DNA of 64,000 bases from Squalus acanthias (taxonomy: Eukaryota): NCBI GenBank assembly GCA_030390025.1, contig CM059427.1, positions 20,274,001 to 20,338,000 of the forward strand. The letters run 5' to 3'. Below the pieces are notes generated by a model. It saw only the letters and a program-made list of their open reading frames with translations, ran no database searches and was not told the DNA's origin. The position numbers and the translations under genes were made by a program. Below are positions 1 to 13,100 of the stretch, in pieces (within the stretch, counting starts at the first letter, position 1; every line of letters starts with the position of its first letter).

Positions 1-963
1 ACATTTGATATACACCCACAATTATCAAACTAGTGGTTCAAAATTGTCACCTATTTTCATTAAAGTTACTCATTTAGGCTAGAAAGAAAGAAATTGCTGC
101 TTCCCTGGACAAATGATTTTGTAAGTTATCAGCTCACAGACTGTGATACTGAAGGAAACAAACAAGTATAGAGCTATTCCGATGTCAATCGTAGCTCCAT
201 TATTGTTATATCAACTATATACAACTAAATATAGAGGTCAATCCTATGTCAGCGCCTTTCTGCATAGTAAGTCTTCAGTGTAGATTTAAGCATTTGTATT
301 AGAATTCTTAAGCAGAATTTTCAGTTTTATTTCTAAATCCTTATGTTGTCTTTCCCCTCTCAAATCCTCTTCAAAGCACTTTTGGAACACTCATTTCCCT
401 GGCACTGCAGAGAGAAAAAGAGGGCAGATATGTCAGGTCTATGCCCCTTTAAACTTGTCTTGGGTTTTCAGGGGTTCTTCACACAGGCAGCACTGGGCCT
501 ATACCTACTGCCGTCACAGGACCAGGTCAGCCATGGAAATGAGGTGGGAGGAGGTGTTTCCAGTCCACCTGCCTCACTTTCTTCTCTGTGTGTCAGAAGA
601 GTGCCTGAAAAAGCTGGCTTGGGACCCCACCCAAATTAAAGGGTTTGAGAGGGTCAGGCAGCAAGGCCCATGAGGTCAGAAGAGGTATGTACTATCTTTT
701 ACTGCTTCCCACTGGATCTTTGGCCTGGAGCCCTTCTGGTGGCTGTTCTCCAGTGGCCTCTCCAGTGGTCAGTACTAGACCTGTAGCTATTTTGATATAT
801 TGTGAAGCTGTCTGCTAAACAACAACGGCTCTTCAATCTATTATAGTTTATCTAAGGTGGAAAAAAATGGGATTTGGCTGTGTTTAAAGGAAGAGGCTGC
901 AGTATGTTTACAAGTGTTTTTGCTTATTAAAGTTGAGGCATTGTCATATTCTGTGCTTTCTAG

Positions 964-1111
964 GTTATTGAGGGAGTGCAAGACTTAGAATTTACTGTCC
1001 CTGACCTTTTCCAAGGAAGAGACTACCTATTTAAAATTTCAGCCTGTAACAAATGTGGCCCAGGCGAACCTGCATATATTGATGAACCTGTTAATGTATC
1101 TGCACCAGCAA
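964..1111 (+). CDS. TTN: Titin exon 1 of window: C-terminal half of Fn3 (I/A junction)
   Basis: ttctag|gtt...gcaa|gtaagt; [38 protein letters not shown]; not in ORF track. Confidence 0.93.
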
Positions 1112-4100
1112 GTAAGTATTTAGCTTTGTTAATCCTTTATATTGAATCTTAGGATATTTCCTTTGTAAATAAAGCCAAATAGATCTATTTTGTTTCTCTT
1201 TAAATGTATGCAGCACAGTTCCCCTTTAAATATGTTTCACAGCATTCTTTTACTCACATGCTAAAATATATAATAATAGTAAATGAATAAGGACACAAAA
1301 TAGCATTGCAAGCCAAGATCTTTCCTAAAATGTTTTAGCAAGCAGTTTTGTCGATCAGCTCTAAGGGCTATTAATTTAATTTAAGCTGAATATGTTTCCT
1401 CAACCACTCCCTTAATCTTGCTATACTGTTTAATCATTCAAAAGAAAGTTATAAGAACATAAGAACATAAGAAATAGGAGCAGGAGTAGACCAATCGGCC
1501 CCTCGAGCCTGCTCCGCCATTCAATGAGATCATGGCTGATCTGATCCAACCTCAACTCTAAAGAACACAAGAAGTAGGAGCAGGACCAGGCCACTCGGCC
1601 CCTGGGCCCGCTCCGCCACCCACAGGGCCTTGACCGATCCGAACTCAAACTCATGTCCAATTTCCAGCCCGCTCCCCGTAACCCCTGATTCCCTTTACTT
1701 CTAGGAAACGGTCTATTTCTGTTTTAAATTTATTTAATGAAGTAGCTTCCACAGCTTCCTGGGGTAGCAAATTCCACAGACCCACTACCCTCTGAGTGAA
1801 AAAGTTTCTCCTCATCTCAGTTTTGAAAGAGGAGCCCCTTATTCTAAGATTATGTCCCCTAGTTCTAGTTTCACCCATCATTGGGAACATCCTCACCGCG
1901 TCCACCCGATCAAGCCCCTTCACAATCTTATATGCTTCAATAAGATCGCCTCTCATTCTTCTGAACTCCAATGAGTAGAGTCCCAATCTACTCAACCTCT
2001 CCTCGTATGTCCACCCCCTCATCCCCGGATTAACCGAGTGAACCTTCTTTGTACTGCCTCTAGAGCAAGTATGTCTTTTCTTAAGTATGGACACCAAAAC
2101 TGTATGAGACTTCATATTATTATGTTTCAATGTATTTGCACAGCAAGTGAATCTTTAAGTAGCATTAGATCTATTGAATATTTGTATCTTGCATATTGAG
2201 AATACTTATTTGTAGTTTCAAAAGTATATACCTATGAAGAGAAACTGTTTCTAAAAGTAGATGGAAAGAGAAGGGAACAGAGCTATTTTTAGTGGCTGGT
2301 ATGCTTCATCTGTGCCCAATTCATTAAGTATTTAAAAGGGGAAGAGGAAGGGCACCACTCCATGTTCCTGGCCTATGGGTGTGCTGGATGCCAAGTCCAC
2401 AGGAAACCAGGCAGGAAGGTTAACTCAGGACAGACCTTCAAGTGGGAGGGCTTTTAAAAGGCTCACAGACTTTAAAGTGTATTCTGTCCTTTTCTGAGCC
2501 TTACTTGTAATTTTTCTTATGTTTCTTTTTCATCTGGCACTTGAACGTTTGTGCCAGTATTTTTGCTCTCACTCCCATTACAGGCACCAAAAGGTTTGCC
2601 CAAAAGAGATCCTCTATGCTGAGGCTACCAATCATTTCTACAGACCCTGACACCATACCTGGGAATGACATGCGTACCTGTATTCTCAGCATTAAGTCAG
2701 TAGAGAGGCAAATGCAGAGCTGTTCCATCTGCTGCAAGGACACCTGCAGCATAGTACTGGCACATGCAGGAACAGTAATGGTCAGGTGAAACTTGGCTGT
2801 ATCTCCTTGCAGGCATGCTGCAGTTTAGATCTATTGGAATGGTATCATGGATTGGTACAGCGGACCACCCTCTTCACGAGCACCTCATGTAGTGCCACCT
2901 TGACTTCAGCAACCATCAAACAAGGGATTGAGCGCTGGGCTGTGCCTTCACTTTCCTGCAGACACAAAATTGCACCTGAGGCTCCCTTTCCCTTTATTTG
3001 TCGATCACTTTTTCGTCCCCTGTTCCTTCAGCCTTGGCAAAGGCTGCTAACAAGTTTACACTCTTTTGAGGCTCTGTAAAAGCTTTCAGCTTTTTTGACC
3101 AGGGTTCTCCTTTGTGATCCCACTCAAATCGGGAAGTACAGGTGTTGAAGCCTACTGCTGCCTCACTGCCCACGCAGAATGTACCTCCCCATTGCCCTTG
3201 TAAAGACTGCTACTGGACTTTCCTTTCCTGTTTCCATGTAAATGGAGGTAGAAGGAAGCACCTGAGTCCCCCGTTGATTTCCCTCTAGTCCATCTCAGTT
3301 ACTGTCACTTTCCGGGACCACTATGGGGAAGGTACCAGCAACAACCCCGGGTTCCTCAGTGCAGGAAGAGGGCCGTCTAGCAGACTCCTCTCCTTCCATT
3401 TTGGTCCCCACTTACCTTCGTGTGTGGGTCTCAGTCTCTGCTGAGGCCTACCAGGATGCCAATGTTCTGATCCTCGAGGTGCTTCTGGCCTTTTAACAGT
3501 CTCTCGTACTGCATTGGAAATTCCGCCATGGGCCTGCCATACCCTGACTCAAGAAATTGGATCGGGGTTCTGATAGTGATGATGGATGGAACGGAAATCA
3601 CACCCCACCAGAACACTGACACTGTGAGGACAATCCTGGTCTTTATCTCCCTTATTGTGACTCGCCCCTTTAATCATTCCAATCCCTATAAATTTCAGTA
3701 AATCATTATTCAGAGAATTGAATGCTGTCTCCATTTGACTGTTTAAGCCATACTAGCACCAGTTATAAACTGACTTAGACCTGAAGATGAAAATTAGGCT
3801 CAAGTATGTTTAATTAGTTCTTATGAAACTTTTGAACTGAAGATTTTAATTTGTAATTCTGTACTTTACAGCTGTTCCAGATCCACCAGAAAATGTCAGA
3901 TGGAGGAATCCATCTGCCAAAGGAATCTTCCTTACATGGGAACCACCAAAATATGATGGAGGCACAAGAATTAAAGGATATTTAGTAGAAAAGTGTCAAC
4001 GCACTGCTGAAAAGTGGGAGATATGTGGAGAGCCAGTTAATGAATTAAAGTAAGTTTATATATCTAATTTCCTAATGTTTACTATGTTTTAAATAATACA

Positions 4101-7100
4101 AAAGAATTGCTAAAACTGGTTATTATGTTAAATAGGATGGAAGTGACTGACCTGGAAGAAGGGGAATGGTATTCATACCGTGTTAAAGCTTTGAACAGAC
4201 AAGGTGCCAGCAAACCAAGTAAACCCACAGATGATATACAAGCAATCGATCCAAAAGGTACATTGTTACTAACTAATATAAAAGCATTTTTCCAAAACTC
4301 ATCATTTTACTAAGCCCAAGCTTTATTAATACATTTCAATCCTATTAATAAATGCAGACAGATTTATCTCACAAATATCCACATTGTATTAAATATTGTC
4401 ACTGTTGCTAGTTCAATTACTCTGGAAGAAGATAGAATATATTATGTGAGGAAGAATAGTTGACTGTGTTACTCAGTAACCTACTGAAATTAATAATGTT
4501 ACAGCTGAGATATATTGATAAATTTAGTGAGGTTATGCAACTAGCACAGAGCCTTACTGATACTCCTAATTTCCCAATTCATTCATATTGGTGATTGGGA
4601 ACTTGGAAAGGACACGAATCAGGCGTGCAGTTTTCCACGTCTGATTCTCGTGTCGACAATCCGTCGAGTGAGGCTCCATAGTGGGAGCATGGCTTTACTG
4701 AATCTAACCTATAATTTCCTTTTAAAATACATAATTTTTGGACTAAATTAATAACATATTTTCTTTGTTTTACAACAGAGGCTCCAGAGATTCGTCTTGA
4801 TGTTAAACTGCTGGCTGGCATTACTGTGAGGGCTGGAACAAAGGTTGAGCTTCCAGCTTTTATCTCTGGCAAACCTGATCCGAGAATTACTTGGACCAAA
4901 GCTGAATACCTACTGAAGCCTAACGACAGACTAACTATTGACACAAAACCCAATCATTCCACTGTGACAATCTTAGATACCACAAGGAGTGACACTGGCA
5001 CCTACATTATTGAAGCAGTAAACACCAGTGGTCGTGCCACTGCTGTTGTTGAAGTCAATATTCTAGGTAGTTCAAATGTTAAAATGCTATTTATAAACTT
5101 ATATATAATCTTGAGATAAATAAATTGTCTCAGACAAGTGCTGACCATTTCTTTTGTTTACAGACAAACCTGGACCACCAGCTGCATTTGATATCACTGA
5201 TATTACAAATGAGACCTGCAGCTTGACATGGAATCCACCGAGAGATGACGGTGGTTCACGTATTACAAATTATATCGTGGAATGTAAGGCTGGAACTAGT
5301 GAAATATGGAACAAACTCTCATCTACTATCAAAGAAACAAAATTCAAAGCAACAAATCTTACAGCATTGAAAGAATATACATTCAGAGTTAGTGCTGAAA
5401 ACATGTATGGTATTGGAGAGCCATCTCAGCATGCTCCAATTATAGCTAAATATGCTTTTGGTAAGGAAAAATATGATTTAGTATGTTATAATTGTAACAT
5501 TTGTTGCATAATTTGTACATAATATGCCATTTAGATTTTTAAAAACCATGGAAATATGATTGTATATTAGATCCACCTGGTCCTCCAACACGTCTGCAAG
5601 GTTCAGACATTGCTAAGGATTCACTGACATTGACATGGTATGAACCAGATGAAGATGGTGGCAGCCCTATCGTTGGATATTTTATTGAAAGATTTGATCC
5701 AGACACTGATAAATGGATTAGATGCAACAAGATACCTGTCAAAGACACAAGTTTCAGGTATTTATGACAATGATAATTTATACATGACCAAATTTTGAAA
5801 AGCTCTGCAATAAGTCAGGATAACTCTGACATCCTTAATCATGATTTGTTTAGAATTAGTTGATCTCCCTTGGCATTCCTCATGGGCGAAACTTTAAAAA
5901 ACACTCGCTTCCTGTAATGGTCTTTTGCTTGTTTCATACTCTAAACTCTCTCTCGCCACTCTGATACACACTCATTGATGTATCTATGGTCCTTATTTTA
6001 AAGGGCAGGGTGGGTACGATGCATACAAGCCTTGAAGTGGGTGGCACACCTGGGGAATCCAGGGACCCGGGCCCAATCTTAACAGCCGGGCCTCATTACC
6101 ATGGATGGATAGGCCTGTGGCACTAGGCCGCACAGAGGAGGGAAGGAGGGATTGCGGGGGGGGCCAGTGTCGGCTGGAGGAACTCAGGGGGACGGGTGGT
6201 AGGGGGTGTTGCTAAGAATCGGGGGGTGCAAGGATCATCGGGGGCGGGGTGCAAGGACCATCGGGGGCGGGGTACAAGGACCATCGGGGGCGGGGTACAA
6301 GGATCATCGGGGGCGGAGTACAAGGACCATCGGGGGCGGGGTGCAAGGATCATCAGGGGCGGGGTACAAGGATCATCGGGGGCAGAGTACAAGGACCATC
6401 GGGGGCAGAGTACAAGGACCATCGGGGGCGGGGTGCAAGGATCATCGGGGGACGGATTCAAGGATCATCGGGGGCGGGGTGCAAGGATCATCGGGGGCCG
6501 GGTGCAAGTATCATCGGGGGCCGGGTGCAAGGATCATCGGGTGCGGGGGTGCAAGTATCATCGGGGGCCGGGTGCAAGGATCATCAGGGGCCGGGTGCAA
6601 GGATCATCGGGGGCGGGGTGCAAGGATCATCGGGGGCGGAGTACAAGGACCATCGGGGGCGGGGTGCAAGGATCATCAGGGGCGGGGTACAAGGATCATC
6701 GGGGGCGGGGTGCAAGGATCATCGGGGGCGGGGTGCAAGGATCATCGGGGCGGGGTGCAAGGATCATCGGGGGCGGGGTGCAAGGGTCATCGGGGGCGGG
6801 GTGCAAGGATCATCGGGGGCGGGGTGCAAGGATCATCGGGGGCGGGGGTGCAAGGATCATCAGGGGCCGGGTGGTGGCCGGAGGAGCAAGGTGGGGGCGG
6901 TGGTCTGCCGAGGATTGCGGGGCGATGTGATTGCTGATAGCTACAAGCAGTAAATCAATCAGCAAGTACAAAAATGATCCTGTCATTGTGGTCACTACAG
7001 ACACAAAAAAATTAGAAAGATGCATTGCATAAAAATGAATATGTGCACATACATGTTTTGCAACCAACAGAGTGAAAGGACTTACTCCAAAGAAGAAGTA

Positions 7101-10100
7101 CAAGTTCCGTGTTATGGCAGAGAATCTAGCTGGTACTGGCAAACCTAGCAACGAAACAGACCCAATTATGGCCAAGGATCCTATCGGTATGTGTACAATT
7201 GTCTTATCAAATGAAATTTCGTAACAGTTTATATATTAAGGTAAATTTTCCACGACCCTGCACCACCAGTAGGATCTTACATGCAGCCAGCAAATATCAG
7301 AAAACCTCACCTGCAATTTTCCAATATCTGCTGGCTGTGTGCAAGGCACCATCTGTGCTGCAAAGCCTCACAGAATTGACCATATTGTGTTTACCTAAGA
7401 ATTGACCAATATTTTAATGTAAATTAATTTATAGACCCACCATGGCCTCCTGGAAAGCCTAATGTTAAAGATGTCAGGAAGACTTCAGCTTTCTTAAATT
7501 GGAATAAACCAGAACATGATGGAGGGGCAAAGATTGAGTCTTATGTTGTTGAGTTGCTGAAGAGTGGAACAGAGGACTGGGTTAGAGTGGCTGAAGGCAT
7601 TCCTACGACTGAATACTTCCTCAAAGGGCTTATGGAAAAACAAGAATACTCATTCCGCATTAAAGCTGTTAATAAAGCTGGTGAAAGTGAACCGAGTGAA
7701 CCCAGTGATCCTGTGCTGTGCAAGGAGAGATTGAGTAAGTTACACTCAACTTATACACCACATGTGTTACTTAGCAAATTTAAATTATCACAATCAATGC
7801 CAAAAGTCGTAAGTTTTTAAATATGAGAATTGTTTTCTTCCCCACAGATCCTCCTTCACCTCCACGTTGGCTTGAAGTTGTTAATATCACAAAGAATGCT
7901 GCTGATCTTAAATGGACACCACCAGAAAAGGATGGTGGCTCTCCAATTACAAACTATATTGTGGAAAAAAGAGATGTAAGACGAAAGGGCTGGCAGACTG
8001 TTGACACAACAATAAAAGACACCAAGTCCACAGTTACACCTCTTTCAGAAGGTTCACTGTATGTATTTCGGGTTGCTGCAGAAAACGCAGTTGGACAGAG
8101 TGAATACTGTGAACTGGAAGACTCAGTACTTGCTAAAGATACCTTCAGTAAGTTCTTTTGTGGATATTGTTGTGTCTCTAGTCCCAGTGTATAATTATTT
8201 GCTTCTTTGGATTCTTTTTATCTTACATATATATTTTGATTTCTCTCCAGCAACTCCTGGACCACCTTATGCTCTTACAGTCGTTGATGTAACCAAGAGA
8301 CATGTTGAACTGAAATGGGAGGCTCCCAAAAATGATGGTGGAAGACCAATACAGAGGTCATTTTAGTCTTTTTTTTTATTTAGTGCACTTTCTTACCATC
8401 ACAGTGGATGTTTTTTTATAATGTTACTATATATATTTACTAATGCATGATACTGAATGTTTACATAGGTATGTAATTGAAAAGAAAGAGAAATTAGGAA
8501 CTCGCTGGGTTAAAGCTGGCAAGACTGCAGGACCAGAATGCAATTATAGAGTCACTGATGTAATTGAGGGCACTGATGTACAATTCCAAGTCCGTGCTGA
8601 AAATGAAGCTGGCTGTGGGCATCCAAGTGAACCAACTGATATGCTTACAATTGAAGATCCAACTAGTGAGTAGAAACTGAAATTAAAAATGTAATAATGT
8701 GAATTCCCTTTAGAAAACAAATAGCATATAATATTGAATATGATATTGTTTGTGCCTAGGTCCTCCATCTCCTCCTCTTGAATTACACGTGACAGATGCA
8801 AACAGAGATCACATTTCTATTGAATGGAAACCACCAGATAAAAATGGTGGTAGCCCTATTATTGGCTATCATATTGAAATTTGTGAAGCAGGAACAGAGA
8901 AGTGGATGAGAATTAATTCTCGCCCAGTAAAGGAACTGAAATATAAAGCAGAAGAAGGCATTATCCCCGATAAGGAGTATCTCCTGAGAGTCAGGGCTGT
9001 TAATGCCATTGGAGCAAGTGATCCATCAGAAATTTCAGAAAATGTTGTGGCAAAGGATTCTGACTGTAAGAACAGCTTTCTTTTGAAATATTACCTTTCT
9101 CAATCTGAAATTGTAGTTCTGCTATTAATAGTATTACATTTTGCATATTACTTAAAAAAAATATATTTATTTTAATAGGTAACCCAAGTATCGAACTAGA
9201 GACTCAAGATATAATTGTTGTGGAGGGTGAGAAATTGAAAATCGGTGTACCCTTTAGAGCTGTACCAGTACCAACTGTTTCATGGTATAAGAATGGAAAG
9301 GAACTGAAAGCAGATGACAGAGTGACTATGAAGAGTGATTATGCCAGTGCATCCCTTGAGATTACCAACAGTGTTCATGCTGATGCTGGTGTCTACACTA
9401 TTACTTTGGAGAACAAACTGGGTTCAACGACAGGCACCATTAATGTTAAAGTCATAGGTAATAATCTGAAATGAAATGAAGGGGGATTTCTTTAATGTAA
9501 TTAATTTCTTGTCTGAAAAAATAGTTTATTTTCAGTTTGAAATAATATGCTTTTGTTTGTTTTAATTAAGGATTGCCTGGTCAGTGTAAAGATATCAGAG
9601 CAAGTGACGTCACCAAAAGTTCTTGCAAGATAACCTGGGATCCTCCAGACTATGATGGCGGCAGCCCAATTCTGCATTATGTTCTTCAACGTCGGGAGTC
9701 TGGTAGAAGAACATATACACCAGTAATGTCTGGTGAGAATAAACTGAGCTGGCCAGTAAAAGATCTTATTCCAAATAGTGAATACTATTTCCGTGTAAAG
9801 GCTGTTAACAAAATTGGTAGTGGTGAATACACTGAGCTTCGCAACCCAGTTATCGCAGAGGATCAAAAGCGTAAGTATTTCGGGAAAAAAATATCACCAA
9901 ATTATATATATCTACTTAGCATGTAATCATTGTAATATTTGGAATACTATTAAATATGTTTTTAATTTTCCTTCAGAACGTCCTGATCCGCCAATTGATC
10001 TTGAGGTCCAGGATCCAACGTCAAAATCAGCAACACTCACATGGAAACCACCTCTTTATGATGGTGGCTGTAAGATCATGGGCTATATCATAGAAAAGAT

Positions 10101-13100
10101 AGCTAAAGGAAGTGACAAATGGGAGAGATGCAATGAATACTTGGTTCCTGTTCTGTCTTATACTGTAAAGAATCTTGAGGAAGGAACTGAATACCAGTTC
10201 CGTGCACGTGCTGAGAATATTGCTGGAGTTAGTGATCCTTCAAGAATAACTCCAGGAGTCAAAGCTTTAGACCCAGTTGGTGAGTATTCTTTTTCATGTG
10301 AAACTCAGAAAAATTATTAAACGGGTCAAAACTTGATTCCTTCATTTTTATAAATTACCAGCTGAGGAAACAATTTACAACAATTTCAAGGTTGAACAGT
10401 TCAGTAATAATAAATAAGTTTTATTTACAATTACTCTGCTTTTCTGTACAGACCCACCAAAGGTCTACCTCAGTGGAAACCTTCAGCATGGATTAAATGT
10501 CAGAAGGGGTGATGAGATTGCTCTTCTAGCCCGTATTTCTGGTTCTCCTTATCCAACTGTGACATGGCTTCAAAACGATGAAGTAATCAGACCTGAAGAA
10601 ATCAAAAAGAGAGTAGTAAAAATAGTACCAGTTCGGAAGAAGGAAGTTGTAGTGGATGAGCCTTTCTATCTCAGTTTACCAGAACGTTTAACTGTTGACA
10701 ACAGCAGAGCAGGAGAGTCCGAAATTATGGTTCGGGATTCCATCAGAAGAGACTATGGAAAATTTACCATCAAAGTAGAAAATGATCATGGTGTTGCCCG
10801 TGCCAGTTGTGAAGTAGCTGTCCTAGGTAAGATTCTTTCCTAGATGTTACAATAATATTTTTATAAGAAGCTGCTAAAATACAAATATTTACAGTTGTTA
10901 CTATTAACATAATTTATGAATTTTTATTCGGCATTCCAGACACACCTGGCCCACCTATCAACTTCATATTTGAGGAAGTCAGAAAAGATTCTGTCATCTG
11001 TAAGTGGGATCCTCCTTTAGACAATGGTGGTAGTGAGATTCTGAACTATATCTTGGAGAAGAAAGATAATTCCAAAGCTGAAATCAGCTGGATTACTGTA
11101 ACAACAACTCTTAGACATTGCAAATATCATGTGACTAAACTTATTGAAGGAAAAGAATACCTTTTCCGTGTGGCAGCAGAAAATAAATTTGGTCCTGGGC
11201 CATCATGTGTCTCACAGCCACTCACTGCCAAAAATCCATTTGGTAAGCTTTTACTTTTCTTTCTCAAAATCATCATCATACACCACTTAAATGTTGCGTT
11301 ACGATTTTATTTGTCACCAACATTGTTTATCGAATTACCTCAGTGATATAACGTAGCTTCCAACTTTTTCTAACAATGTTATTTGATATTGGTTTGTTGT
11401 TACCAGTATTGCAATTTACTTATCCTCGTCATTCCTGATTTAGATCCTCCTGACGCACCTGATAAACCTGAAGTGGAGGATGTTACTAGCAATAGTATGG
11501 TTGTTACATGGAAAGAACCAAAAGACAACGGTAGCCCTATTTTAGGCTACTGGATTGAAAGAAAGGAAATTAACAGCACGCACTGGACTCGAGTTAATAG
11601 AAACTCACTAAATGCTCTAGAAACACGGGTTGAAGGCCTCATGGAGGGATTAACATATATATTCAGAGTCTGTGCAGAAAATGCAGCTGGCCCTGGAAAA
11701 TTCAGCTTACCTTCGGAACCCAAGACAGCACGAGACCCAATTTGTAAGTACTGGCTTAACAGTAGCTGCTAAACTAAAAAGCACAAAAATTGTATGCACC
11801 TCTTATTCATTTTACAATTAATATTGTTTTTTTTTCCTGTTTAAGTGCCACCTGGGCCACCAATACCAAGAATCCATGACACATCTGCAACATCAATAGA
11901 TGTAGAGTGGGATCCTCCCATCTACGATGGTGGTGGTGACATCATAGGTTATCATGTTGACAAGCAACTTATAAGATCAAAGGAATGGTCACGCTGCACA
12001 GAAAGACTAGCTAAAGACTGCAAGTTCACAGTCTTTGGGGTTAGAGAAGATGCAGATTATATAATTCGTGTGGTGGCAGTCAATAATGCTGGAGAAGGAG
12101 CTCCTGGTCAGACACAAGCTGTAACCGTAAGGGAGCCAAAAGGTATTAAGAATTATGCAATTACTTCGTAATAGGTTTATATTTTTTGATTTTCTTTCTG
12201 TTTTTATTGAAACACATCTTGTTTTACAGAGCCTCCAGTAGTAGAACTTGATGTCAGTGTATGTGCAGGTATTCTAAAACAAGCTGGAGAAACCATTAGA
12301 CTTCCTGCCACTGTAACAGGCCGACCAACTCCAGAAATTAAATGGATCAAGGAAGAAGGAAAACTTGATGAAAATCATGTAGTTATCGAAACAGTTGGTA
12401 CTAAGACAGAGTTAATTATAAAGAATTCACAAAGAAGCGATTTTGGCAGATACATAGTCACTGGTACAAATAGCAGCGGCTCCAAATCTGCATGGACCCG
12501 AGTGGATATCGTAGGTAAGACACATACTAAAGAAACAAAAGTAAAATAGGTTGGTGTTCTACATCAATATCTTGGTTAAATCTAAATGGTATGTGCGACC
12601 TTTTCTTTCAGATGTGCCCGGCCCTATACTGGATCTAAAGCCTGTAGTTGTTACAAGAAAGATGATATTACTTAACTGGTCTGAACCCACAGATGATGGT
12701 GGTAGTGATATCATTGGCTATGTTGTTGAGAAAAAGGATGCTAAAATGCATTCCTGGAGACAACCAATGGAGACAGAAAAATCCAAATGTGACATTGTTG
12801 GTCTTCTTGAAGGACAGGAATACATGTTCCGTATTTGTGCTCAAAATAAGTTTGGCTGTGGTCCTTCTGTTGAACTTGGACCTATAGCTGCAGTTGATCC
12901 CCTAGGTAAGCTATAAGGAAAACAGGGGAATTAAATCATTTCTGTTCATATATATTACATGTTTGAATTGAAAATGTATTTTAATTGTAGGTCCACCAAC
13001 TTCGCCTGAGAAGTTTACATATACAGAGAGAACAAAGTCAACAGTCACACTTAAGTGGAAACCTCCACGAAATGATGGTGGTCGTCCCATTTTAGGATAC

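Noticed and set aside
2290-3560. GC-richer intronic block with short ORFs
   Set aside because: No recognisable protein motif or clean termini; probably old repeat debris that I cannot classify.
6221-6872. CRISPR-like array
   Set aside because: Units are head-to-tail with no unique spacers, there are no cas genes, and the context is a vertebrate intron.
6196-6953. Three overlapping 234-244 aa Gly/Arg-rich ORFs
   Set aside because: They are translations of a 23-bp tandem repeat that lacks stop codons; no splice sites link them to titin and unit indels shift the frame freely.
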